From the human T2T-CHM13v2.0 reference genome, Homo sapiens: a stretch of 64,000 nucleotides of DNA. Numbering within the stretch: position 1 is the stretch's first letter; every line of letters starts with the position of its first letter. The translations under genes were made by a program, and so were the position numbers. Shown here piece by piece: positions 1-12,190 of the stretch. Where the stretch lies: NCBI RefSeq assembly GCF_009914755.1, contig NC_060947.1. One strand, written 5' to 3'. Under the pieces are notes generated by a model. It searched no databases, was not told the origin of the DNA, and was given only the letters and a program-made list of their open reading frames with translations.

Positions 1-2466
1 CCTTTCCTCCTACATTTTGTACTCCTGCTGTCATTACAACTGTGCTATGGGAGTTCCTTCAAAGGCACTCAGTGAGGGGGTGGGTTGGTCCTGCAGGAGA
101 CAGAAGAGAGAAGCAATATCCTGCTGGGAATTGTAATAAATTTACACATTCTGTCTCTAGGTCCCTTGTTCTTAAACCATGGAAATCCACAGTAATATGA
201 GGAATAAGAGCAGAAGTTATAACCTGTGGACTGAGGCAAAAATGAATATAATAATGCTGCTCAAGTTCCTTCCAAAGAGGTTAGAGGCCAAGGTCTGATT
301 GGCAGTGGCTAGTAATACACAGGGAGCAATAGAGGTACTCAGTCTCTATTAAGTCCTTCTGGATCTCAAGCCCACAAGAAGACATAATTCTGACTCCCAC
401 AGGATGATAGTAGGGGTGGGAAAGAGGTGAGGGACAGTCAGGACTGAGGTTGTCCATACTCACATCCTGATGGCTCTGGGAACTACAGTAGGATGGCACC
501 TGCCAGCATCATGGGACCTGTATGAGAGTAGCTGAGGAAGCAGAAGCTGCAGTAATAAATCCAAGGCTGACAAGACTAGTGGAAAGTCAGTTCCCACAGG
601 CTTGCCAAGAACTAGGAAACAGCAGGTATAGAAAAAAAACTACTGTGTAGCTCTGTTCTCCAGGACCAGAAAAGTCATCTTTTGAAGTCTTACTTCTAGG
701 TACCTTTTTTGGGCATTCTAAGAGCCTAGGTATGCTGAGAGCCTGGGTATTCAGACTTTATAGAAGTTCAGAGAAATGCACACCAGAATAGAGAAATTCT
801 GAGAGAGTTTCAAGATGGCTAACTAGAGGCACAGGACACCTGCCTCCTCCAAAAAGAAGAACCAAAATAGTGAGTTGATAATCAGATTCACACCTTGAAT
901 CGAATATCTAAGAGAAAATGCTGGAATTAAGCAGAGAAGTACCATATAACACCTGGGGCACTGATGAAGAAGGAGGCAAGGCAGATGGCCTGGTTAGGAT
1001 AAACCAGGATCCTAGAGAGTGCCCCAGGCACAAGGGTGAGGGAGCCAGTGCCAGGAAATGGTAAGTGAGAGATCCCCAGTGGTCCACACTCACACGATGA
1101 CTCCTGCAATCCTGAGCACAGACGAGTAACTCGACCCTTATGGGCCCTGGGACTGGAATAGGGAGTTCCCTGAAGCCCAAATGACATCTCCTTATATCCA
1201 CCCAGAGGGCTGCAGCAGCACAATTAAGGATGAACCCATTGGGGCAGCAGGGTCCCCAGCACTCTAGCCCACATGCCATCCTGTACACTAGGAAAAGGGT
1301 GATGCAATACACTGGGGAGACTGCCCCTGGGACAAAGGGAGCCAAAGCACACACTCCCCAGAGCCTGAAACCCACCTGCCTGGGACCACTATCACTGACA
1401 GTAACCTGGCACCAACCAGCAACTGAATCACAGTACATTTGTATGTGTCCTGAGGGCAGGCTATCCCTTCCCCTGCTGCTGTCACTGCTGGTGGCAAGTG
1501 ACACCCAGATGTCACCCAGATGTGTGCCCCCCAGAGCTAGAGAGCCTTCTGCCCAGGGTGGCTGCAGCAGACAGCAACCCTATTCCCTCAGCAGCAGTAC
1601 TACCACACACTTGCATGCACCCTGAGGATAGATTTTACTCACCAAATGCCATCACTGCCGCCTCCATCTAAGCACACCTCCCAAGGTCTGGAGATTGCCC
1701 CATCCTGCTCACCACAGCCTGCACCTATGCACACCCCCAAGGGGTATGAAAACAGGCCTGCCCCACCTGGCACTCTCCCCCTCCCCAAGTGCCTGAGTTC
1801 ATCAACTTGGGTTCTGGGGATCACTCCACCACCTCAATCTTCTGGGAAGGCATGCACTCCACAATGGGAGCCTAATAACAGGGCCAGAAAACCTGCTGCT
1901 GGTACCCGAGCATGCTGTCCAGAGGCCTGGGGATTGTTCTGCCTTATCCACCACCACTGGGATCTGCACAATCTTCCTGTGGGCCCAAGGATGGACTGGT
2001 CAGCCTGCCGCCACCAGAACTGCTGGCACCCATCCACACACTCCATTTGGGAACCTGGGGAATGGCCCACCCGGCTCAGAGCAGCCACCACTAACATTAG
2101 TGAGTGCTACCTGAGAGCCCAAGGGCTGCCCTGCCACCACAATGACCATTACCCACCCTATGCATGCTGTTCAGGGGCCCAAGGACTCACTGATCTGCCT
2201 GGCCCATGGCTGTAACTACTTGGACCCAAGCAAGCTGCCTGAGGCCCCAAAATTAGCCCACCTGGATTTGCTAACACTAACGCCCATGTATACTGCTTGG
2301 GGACCCAATGACAAGCACACTTGGCCTACTGCTGCCACCACTGGGACCTGAAGACTGGCTTACCTGGCCTCCCATCTCCAGAAGCCTCCATTAACAATTG
2401 TAGCCTAAGCTGCTGACGAAATCACAGATACCACTGACAGTGTTCATAGCCCATACAGAGACTACA

Positions 2467-2874
2467 TGATATGGTTTGGATGTATTGTCCCCTCCAAGTC
2501 TCATGTTGAAATGTGATCCCCAGTGTTGAAGTGGGGCCTAGTAGGAGGTATCTGGGTTATGGGGGAGGATCCCTCATGTATGGCTTGGTGATAAATGAGT
2601 CCTCACTCTATTAGTTCACATGAAAGCTGGTTGTGTAAAAGAACCTGGCACCTCCTCCTCTTTCTCTCTTGCTCCCTCTCTTGCCATATGATATGCCTGC
2701 TCCCCCTTTGCCTTCTGTCATAATTGTAAGCTTCTTGAGTCCTCACTGGAGGCAGATGCCAACACCATGCTTCCTGTACAGTCTGCAGAACCATGAACCA
2801 AAATAAACCTCTTTTCCTTATAAATTACCTAAACCCAACTATTTCTTTATAGCAACACAAAATGGACTAACACA
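2467..2874 (+). mobile_element. MaLR solo LTR (MSTB-like) nested in the L1 5'UTR
   Basis: TGATATGGTTTGGATG...ATGGACTAACACA termini, internal aataaacctctttt, and 5-bp TSD ctaca (2462-66, 2875-79). Confidence 0.88.
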
Positions 2875-5800
2875 CTACACTAGTGCACACACTCGGAATC
2901 AAACCTAAAGCACCATACCCAACATCATAAATACATCTACAGAAAAAGTCTTCCTCTATGAAAGCCAATACAAAAACCTGGAAGAAGCAATTGTTACACC
3001 AGTTGCACAGATATCAACAAAAGGATATAAGAAATAAAAAAAGCAAGGAAACATAACACCTCCAAAAAAAAACATAATAATGCACTAGCTAGCAACAGAT
3101 TCCAATGAAAAATAAAGTCATGAAGTCCCTGAGAAAGAATTCAAGATATTGATATTAAAGAAGCTCAATGAGATACAACAGAACACAGATAAATAATATA
3201 AAGAAATCATAAAAACAATTTAAGATATGAATGAGAAATTCACCAAAGAGATAGGTATCATATAAATGAACCAAACGGAAACATTGGAACTGAAGAATTC
3301 AACAAATGGAAAAAAATACAATCTAGAGCTTCAATAAATGGAAAATACATAATCTAGAGCTTCAATAACAGACTAGATCTAGGAGAAGAATTTCAGAAAT
3401 TGAAGACGGGTCTTTCAAAATAGCCCAGTTGGGCAAAAAGAAAGAGAGAGACAGGAGAAGGTTTTTGTAATATATGGGACACTGTAAAGTGACCAAATGT
3501 TGAAATTTTGGGTGTTCCAGAGATGAAGAGGAGATTAGTGGCATAGAAAACCTATTTAATGACATAATAACTGGCAATTTCCAAAGTCTAGCAAGAAATT
3601 TAGACATCTAAATACAGGAAGCTCAGAGATCCCCAAATAGATACAACCCAGAAAGGTTATCTCCCTGACACATTATACTCAAACTGTCAAAAGTCAAAGA
3701 CAAAGAAGGAACTCTAAAAACAGCAAGATAAAAGTATCTAGTCGTATATGAGGGAAGCCCAACCAGACTAACAGTGAATTTCTCAGCAGAAACCTTACAG
3801 TCCAGGAGATAATGGAATGATATATTCAAAGTGCTGAAAGAAAAATATAAAAACCTGTCAGGCGAGAATACTACATCCAGCAAAGTTATCCTCCATAAAT
3901 GAAAGAGAAATTAAGACTTCCTCAATAAGCAAAAACTGAAAGATTCATCATCACTAGACTAGCTCTATAAGAAATGCATAAGGGAGCCCCCTGGAATCCA
4001 AAGGTTGGTATCATGTAGACATACAAAGGTATAAAACTTACCGGTAAAGCAAACACACAAATGAGGAAGAAAATGACTCAAATGTTACCACTACAGAAAA
4101 CCACCAAACCACAATGATAAAAAAGGGAGAATGAATGGAAGAAAGGATATACAAAACCATCAGATAACAACTAATAGAATGACAGGAATAAGAACTTGCA
4201 TATAAATAATTACACTGAATGTAAACGGATTACATTTTCTACTTAGAAGATATAGACTGGCTGAATGGATTTAAAAACTGTCCCAACTATATGCTGTCTA
4301 CAAAAAAACTGACTTCACCTGTAAAGACACATACAGACTAAAAGTAAAGGAATGGGAAGAAATATTCCATGAAAATGGAAACCAAAAATGAGCAGGTGTA
4401 GTGATACTTACATCAGATGAAACAGACTTTAAGTCAAAAACTGTAAAAAGAGACAATAGAGACCAAAAGTTCACTATATAATGATAAAGGAACCAATTCA
4501 GCAAAAGGATATGATTCTAAATACATATGTACCCAACAATGGAGCAACCAGATAGATAAAGCAATTATTATTAGATCAAAATGGAAAGATAGACTCCAAT
4601 ATAATCATAGTGGGGGATATCAACACCCTACTCTCAGCAACAGATCATTTAGACAGAAAATCAACAAAAAACCTTTGGATCTAAACTGCACTTTAGACCA
4701 AATGGACCTAACGGACATTTACAAGACATTTTATCCTACAACTGCAGAATACATTTGCTTTTCATCAGCATGTGGGACATTCTCCAAAACAGACCATATC
4801 TTGGGCCACAAAACAAGTCTCAACAAAATTTAAAAATCAAAATTATATCAAGTATCATCTCAGACCACAATGGAATAAAACTAGAAATCAATAACAAGAG
4901 AAACTTTGGAAATCATACAAATACGTGGAAATTAACTAATATGCTCCTGAGTGACCACTGGGTCAATGAGGAAATTAAGAAGGAAATATTAAAATTTCTA
5001 GAAACAAATGAAAATGGAAACATACCAAAACCTATGAGATACAACAAAAGCAGTGCTATGACAGAAGTTTATAACAATAAATGCCTATGTCAAAAAAGGG
5101 AAACATTTTAAATATAAACAACCTAGTGATGTACCTCAAGGAGCTAGAAAAGCAAGAACAAACCAAACCCAAAATTAGCACAAGGAAAGAAACAATAAAG
5201 GTCAGAGGAGAACTAAACAAAATAGAGACTAAAAAAGTAGAAAGGATAAACTAAATGAAAAGTTGGTTTGTTAAAAAGACACACAAAATTGATAAACCAT
5301 TTGTTAGACTAACCAAAAAAAGAGAGAGGACCCAAATAAATACAAATGAAAAGGGAGACATTATAACTGATACCACAGATGTACAAAGAACAAACAATCA
5401 CCAACCAACTAGAAAACCTAGAGAAAACTGATGAATTCCCAGCCACAGACAAGGTACCAGGACTGAATTAAGAAGGAATAGAAAACCTGAGCAGATCAAT
5501 AACAAGACTGAATCAGAAAACAAACAAACAAACAACAACAACAAAAAAACTCCCAACAAAGAAAATCTCAGGACCTGATGGCTTCACGGACAAATTCTAC
5601 CCAACTTATAAAGAAGAGCTAACACCAATTTTCCTCAAACTATCCCAAAAAAATAGAAAAGAAGAAAATTCTTTCTAACTCATTTTATAAGGCCAGCATT
5701 ACACTGATACCAAAATCAGACTAAGATATAACAAAAGCATTAAACTAAGAGCCAATATCCCTGATGAATATTGACATAAAAATCCTAAACAAAATACTAG

Positions 5801-6404
5801 CAAATTGAATCCAACATCACATCAAAACTATAATACACCATGAACAAGTGGGATTTATCCCAGGAATACAAGGGTGGTTCAATACACACAAATCAATAAA
5901 TGTGATACGTCACATCAACAGAATGAAAGACAAAATCCATATGATCATTTCAAGAGATGTAGAAAAAGTATCTGATAAAATTCAACATCTCTTCATGATA
6001 CAAACTCTCAACAAACTAGGCATAGAAGGAACATACCTCAACATAATAAAACATATGTCAAACCTTCAGCTAACATCATACTGAATGGGGAAAGGCTGAA
6101 AGTCTTCCTGCAAGAACTGGAATTAAACAACGATGCCCACTTTCACCAGTCCTATTCAACATAGTATTGGAAGTCATAGCAACAACAATCAGGCAGGAGA
6201 AAGAAATAAATGGCATCCAAATTGGAAAAGAGGAAGTCTAATTGTTTAATTTGGAGATGACACAATCTTATATTTAGAAAAATTGAAAGACTCCATCGAA
6301 GTAAAAAAACCTCTTAGAACTGATAAATTCAATAAAGTTACAGGATACAAAATCAACATACAAAAGTCAGTGGTATTTCTATACACCAATAAAGAAAGAA
6401 CTGA

Positions 6405-6680
6405 GGCTAGGCGCAGTTGCTGTAATCCCAGCACCTTGGGAGGCTGAGGAAGGCAGATGGCTTCAGCCTAGGAGTTTGAGACCAGCCTGGGCAACATGGC
6501 AAAACCCTGTCTCTACAAAAAATACAAAAAATTAGCCAGCTGTGGTGGCACATGCCTGTAGTCCCAGGTACTTGGGAGGCTGAGGCAGGAAGATTGCTTG
6601 AGCCCAGGGAGGTTGAGGCTGCAAGGAGCCATGATCACACACTGTACTCCAGCCTTGGTGACAGAGTGAGACCCTGTCGA
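6405..6680 (+). mobile_element. AluJ
   Basis: Dimeric Alu with J-type ggaggttgaggctgca...gagccatgatc and heavy CpG decay. Confidence 0.85.
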
Positions 6681-6852
6681 AACGAAGAAAGCAAGAGAGA
6701 GAGAGGAGGGAGGGAGGGAGGGAGGGAGGGAAGGAAGGAAGGAAGGAAGGAAGGAAGGAAGGAAGGAAGGAAGGAAGATAGGAAGGAAAGCGAGCAAGAG
6801 AGAGAGAGAAAGGAAGAAAAAGAAGAGAAAGAAAAGAAAGAAAGGAAGAAAG

Positions 6853-6895
<43 letters not shown>

Positions 6896-6905
6896 GAAAA
6901 AGGGA
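6681..6905 (+). repeat. (GGAG)n/(GGAA)n/(GAAA)n purine-rich microsatellite derived from the Alu tail
   Basis: Directly visible tandem tetramers. Confidence 0.95.
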
Positions 6906-8487
6906 ATAGCTGAAAGAAAAATCAAGGCACTATTCACAATAATCAAGATATGAAATCAACTTAAGTGTCCAGCAATGGATGAATGGATAAAACACAGTAT
7001 ATGTACACAATGGAATACTATTTGGCCATAACAAAATGAAATCCTTTCATTTGCAGTAACGTGGATGGAACTTGAAGTCATTATGTTAAGCCAGACAAAG
7101 TAAGACAAATATCGCATGCACTCACTCAAATGTGGGAGCTAAAAAAAGTTGATCTCATGGAGGTAGAGAGTAGAAGGATAGTTATCAAAGGCTGAGAAGG
7201 ATGGTGAGGGAGAGGAGGATGAAGAGTTTGGTTAACGGGTACTAATATATGCTAGATAGAAGGAATAAGTTCTAACGTTTGATAGTAGAGTAGGGTGAGT
7301 AGTTAACTATGTATTTTCAAACAACTAAAAGTAAGGACTTGAAATGTTCTCAACACATCAAAATGATAAATGCTCTAGCTGATGGATATCCCAAATACCC
7401 TGAATTCATCATTACACATTTTATGCATGTAACAAAATATCACAGGTACCTCAAAATATGTAAAAAAAATTATGTATCAATACACAGAGAATAACCAACA
7501 CTTATGTTTGAATTTTATACCAATATTAAAAACTATTAGGAAGATCCCATATATCATGGGAAGCCCCCAAGTGAAAATACTGCTCTAAAGAGGGCATTCC
7601 TGGGACCACCTCGCTTGCACTGACCGTCTCCTTTTCTTCCAGCCTCTGAGAAAAGGTCTGTCACCTTCACTTTGCATTCCATTAGCCTTATAAAACCCAG
7701 CTAGTCTCTAAATTTAAAATAATCTTTCAGTAGGCTCAGCAGTGCTGATTTGTGCTGCCAGAATGCCAGGACCCCAAGGGCAAGCTTGGAAGATTAAAGG
7801 TATGAGGAACTATGAAATCAACCTGGCTTCAATCTGTCCTCTAGGAGAATTTCCCCAGGTTGGTGGATTAAGATTTTCCCAGGTGATTAGGTAAGGGAAT
7901 AGCCTGGATTTGAATCCTATATTTCACATTTCCTGACTACAAGTACTTGGACAAATGACGTAACAGTGCATGTCTTTTCACCTATAAAATGGGGCTAATA
8001 CCAGTACCTACCTCATAGGAATGTTACTAAAATAGAACAAATTCAGTAAACCCATGAAAAGCACTTAGAAACACATCTATCCTGTAGTAGACACCATGTA
8101 TTAGCTGTAATGGCCAAGAGATACATCAATGGGAAGCACACTTCTCATGTTGGGCCTTTGGGGAAACTGTTTCTCCCCCTTTCCCCCAGTACCTAAATAG
8201 AAGGAGACTAATTAAGTGACTGGTCACCAGCATCAAGGTACTATCTAGGAATACCATCAGCTGTTAAAGATCCCCCCTTACACTCCTGCTACCACTTCCT
8301 TTGATGTGCTGCTGAATTGTCTCTGTGTGTATTTGAGAGATGGGAGAGGTTGAACAACCCTGGGGTTTCTAACTGCCCATGTAGGTGACATATAAATGAT
8401 CATTTTATCCTTCCCTAAAATTAAGGTTTCACAACCATGTGTCTTCAGACTGAAATGCAGGGCTTCTGTTGGCAGCTAATTCATGCC

Positions 8488-9002
8488 TGTTGTAAGCAGC
8501 TATTATGGCCCCTAAGAAGATTCTATGTCCTACTCCCCATGACTATGATTACATGGCAAAAAGAATATCGAAGATGTGACTAATGTTACTATTGACCTTT
8601 ACATAGGAAGCCTATCCTGTATTATTGGGGTGAACCCAATGAAATCACCCCAATGAAGGGGCAAGGCCTTAACAGCAGAAGCAGAAGAGGGGAAGTCAGA
8701 GAGATGCAAGAGAGAGAAAGCAAAAGGACTGAAATATTGCTGGCTTTAAGATAGAGATGTCTGAGAAATGGGGACTTTAGTCACAGAACAACCAGTGAGC
8801 TTGGAAGAGAACCCCAAGCCCCAGATAACAACCACAGGCCTGGCTGATACCTTGGCTTTAGCTCAGTGAAACCGTAAGCAGATAATCCAGCCATGCTATC
8901 CCAAACTTTTGACCTACAGAAATTGTGAGATAAATACATGGTGTTTTGAAAAGCTACTAAACTTGCGATCATTTGTTATAGCAGCAATAGAAGGCTAATA
9001 CA
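8488..9002 (+). mobile_element. MaLR solo LTR (MLT1D-like)
   Basis: TG...CA termini, end ttgttatagcagcaatagaaggctaataca, and 5-bp TSD atgcc (8483-87, 9003-07). Confidence 0.82.
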
Positions 9003-10529
9003 ATGCCTCTGGCCTCAACTTGTACATTCTTCAAATTGGGGCAAAAATACCTTGTGCTCCCTACCTTAGGGGGATATTATGAGGACAAAATAAGGGGCAT
9101 TAAGGATGCTCTGCAAAGTTTGAAGTCATACACTGTTATATCCTCCAAAAGGAAAAAATAATCGGTTTCGAAGTAATTGAATCAAAGCAATTAAGAGCTG
9201 AGAGTTTGGAGTGCTGCATCTCCTCCCCTAGAGAAGCAGGGTAGCATAGGAGAAATCTGACAACCTAGGGCACAGTCTTATTTCTCAGCTATGTGATCTT
9301 GGGCAAGTTATGTCACCTTTCTGAGCCTCATTAAAATGTGGATAATCATCTTTGCTCTGACTAGATGATATGGCTGTTAAGGTTCAAATGAAGCGATCAG
9401 CATGAACATGGGATGAAAACAAAGCACCCAGATGGGAAGCCTATCAGTCCTCCCCACTGTGTGCCCTGCCACTGGAAGCAGGTATCTTGATACTGGTGAT
9501 CACCCAAAAAAGTAGTGTTGAAAAACCCTTGTGCTAGTAGTACTCTGAGCACCTGTTTTCTGCCCCTGGCTCTGGTGTGTGGCCTTAAGCAAGACCCTTA
9601 CCCCCCTCAGTATGTTTCTCCATCTCTAATTGATTAGGTTATAGTCAGTGGTCCTTAACTAATGGACATCAGAATCACCTGAAGATGAGTGGCAGATGCA
9701 GGGAGTGGTAGTATTCCCTGTTTTGTAAGTCCCTTTTGCCCCCTCAAAAGACCCAAGTCAGAGGAATTCATGAATCGTTCAAAGTAAAGCTTATTTAGAA
9801 TACATAAATTGATTCATCAGCGTGTGATATGAAGCAGCAGCTTGTTCAAAGCAGTTTGGATGCCTTGTTATACTTTAATTAAAATACTGGCCAATTTCAA
9901 GCTGGCTACCTAGATCATGCCCCTTCTAGTTCCCTGTGATTTCCATTCATGTTGCTTTGCCATGACTGTGAACTTTCCTCCTGAATTACCCCTTCTTATG
10001 TAAACTGAATATGTGAAACTAGGGCCAGAAAAAGGCCAGTGGAGTTGCCCATGTTTTCATTACAATGTAGGCTGTGGTATAATTAACATCACAAAATAAC
10101 AGAATATCAAAGCTGAAAAGATCCTTTGAGAGTACCTGGTTTAAAGGCAGAGAATTTGAGGCCTAGAGAGGGAGAGGGATTTGCTCAACATTAAGGGGAG
10201 GCAATGATAGCGCTGATTCTGGACCATGAGGGCTCCTGAAAGGAGCTCTTCCCATGGCCTCATGTTGTCTTTCCACTGCTTCTACTGCTCAGAGATTTGA
10301 AAGCCAAGTACTTTTCACTCTTCTTATTCCCCAGGCTGGTTTCACTATTCTTTGAGGTGGAGAAACTTTGTCATCAAATCACAAGTATAAAGGAATGCAA
10401 AAAAGCAGGCAACTATGACTTAATCTTTGTACCCACTCCCAACATACCAGATCATCCTTATCCACCACTTTTGGTCTTTGTCTCACCAAAGGGACTCCTT
10501 CCTCAAGCTGCTTTGCTGTCTCAAATACC

Positions 10530-10700
10530 TCATATCAGTGCTTGTCATACTTTAATGTGCATAGGAGTCTCTTGGGGATCTTGTGAAAGTACAGATTCTG
10601 ATTCCACATGCTGGAGTGGGTTCCGAGAATCTGCATTTCCAGTAGGCTCCCAGCTAATGCTTATGCCAAGGCTGATGACGAACCACATTTTGAGTAGCAA
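10530..10700. mobile_element. MER5A-like hAT-Charlie DNA transposon relic (similar copies near 20230-20350 and 25960-26130)
   Basis: gggatcttgtgaaagtacagattctgattc...gaatctgcattt motif typical of MER5. Confidence 0.6.
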
Positions 10701-11157
10701 GACTTAAAGATGTTTATCATTCCTATTTCTAAGAATCTTCTCCATTTACCCTAGGGATTTCTTTTCTTTACTACTGGGGGCTGTGAATTGTATTAGAAAT
10801 GGAAATGGGAAGGCCTCTGTAGTTTCCAGTTAACCTAGCTGTGTAATCTTGGACAAATTATTTCTCAGCTCCCTAAGCCTCAAGTTTCCTTATCTGTAAA
10901 ATGGGCCTGTCACCTGTCACAAAATGATGTTGTGAAGCCTGAGGGAACTGCGAGGCCATTGTTCAAAGTAGACTGTAAATGGAGACTCCTAGGTGCAAAA
11001 GAACTCTTTACTTAGGTTTCCTTAGATTTGTAGAAGTCAACACAAGCAGTAGGTAGTGAGTGGTTCCATGTACCATCATGCCTCAATGATATGCTCAAAG
11101 ATTGTTTCCATGACAAAACTGCAGATGGAGGCCACTTATATTAGACAGTCTACATAC

Positions 11158-11163
11158 TTTATT
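11158..11163 (-). terminator. OPHN1: Candidate distal poly(A) signal AATAAA of OPHN1 (second copy at 11200-11205)
   Basis: tttatt on the + strand equals AATAAA on the minus strand, about 170 nt downstream of the L1HS insertion. Confidence 0.6.
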
Positions 11164-11340
11164 GAAAGTCACATGAATGAGCCCCAGGATCTCGTTTGTT
11201 TTATTATTTGGATATAGCATATGTCTTTCACACAGGCAATCTTTCTAGCCCTCTACTAATGTCCTTGGCATCAAGTGCTTCATTTCCCCCAGGAAAATGA
11301 AGGCTTTTCTTTATCGAAAACTTATCTTTAAGGTATCTTG

Positions 11341-12190
11341 TCCTTCGCGAAGGACATGAACAGACACTTCTCAAAAGAAGACATTTATGCAGCCAAAAAA
11401 CACATGAAGAAATGCTCATCATCACTGGCCATCAGAGAAATGCAAATCAAAACCACTATGAGATATCATCTCACACCAGTTAGAATGGCAATCATTAAAA
11501 AGTCAGGAAACAACAGGTGCTGGAGAGGATGCGGAGAAATAGGAACACTTTTACACTGTTGGTTGGACTGTAAACTAGTTCAACCATTGTGGAAGTCAGT
11601 GTGGCGATTCCTCAGGGATCTAGAACTAGAAATACCATTTGACCCAGCCATCCCATTACTGGGTATATACCCAAATGAGTATAAATCATGCTGCTATAAA
11701 GACACATGCACACGTATGTTTATTGCGGCACTATTCACAATAGCAAAGACTTGGAACCAACCCAAATGTCCAACAATGATAGACTGGATTAAGAAAATGT
11801 GGCACATATACACCATGGAATACTATGCAGCCATAAAAAATGATGAGTTCATATCCTTTGTAGGGACATGGATGAAATTGGAAACCATCATTCTCAGTAA
11901 ACTATCGCAAGAACAAAAAACCAAACACCGCATATTCTCACTCATAGGTGGGAATTGAACAATGAGATCACATGGACACAGGAAGGGGAATATCACACTC
12001 TGGGGACTGTGGTGGGGTCGGGGGAGGGGGGAGGGATAGCACTGGGAGATATACCTAATGCTAGATGACACATTAGTGGGTGCAGCGCACCAGCATGGCA
12101 CATGTATACATATGTAACTAACCTGCACAATGTGCACATGTACCCTAAAACTTAGAGTATAATAAAAAAAAAAAAAAAGAAAGAAAAAAA
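11341..12190 (+). mobile_element. 5'-truncated L1HS, Ta-1 subset (about 850 bp: intact ORF2 C-terminus, 3'UTR, poly(A))
   Basis: Uninterrupted ORF2 C-terminal frame (11338..11958). Ta diagnostics ACA at 12070-72 and G at 12155. Ta-1 diagnostics T11676/G11679 (aaaTgaGtat). TSD aaggtatcttg at 11330-40 and 12191-201. Confidence 0.93.

Larger units (their letters stand above)
801..7482 (+). mobile_element. Old near-full-length L1 (L1MA-like 3' end) with long 5'UTR and degenerate ORF1/ORF2
   Basis: 5' caagatggc motif at 811-819. ORF1-like region about 2990-4000. EN/RT remnants (ORF-track 4755..5111, 5848..6084). 3' end ...ttatgtatcaat. Interrupted by an MST LTR and an AluJ. Confidence 0.85.

Noticed and set aside
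908-2351. Cluster of 130-200 aa ORFs on both strands
   Set aside because: They lie in the GC-richer 5'UTR of a decayed L1 and show no recognisable protein or splice structure.
3304-3368. ~33-bp tandem duplication (aaatgg...aatctagagcttcaata) as an array
   Set aside because: Two copies inside dead L1 ORF1; ordinary slippage, not a CRISPR-like repeat-spacer array.
6513-6953. Lys/Glu/Arg-rich and Phe/Leu/Ser-rich ORFs
   Set aside because: Translations of an Alu and its purine microsatellite tail.
11338-11958. 206-aa ORF as an independent gene
   Set aside because: It is the ORF2p C-terminus of a 5'-truncated L1 with a TTG start spanning the junction, no promoter, and antisense to OPHN1.
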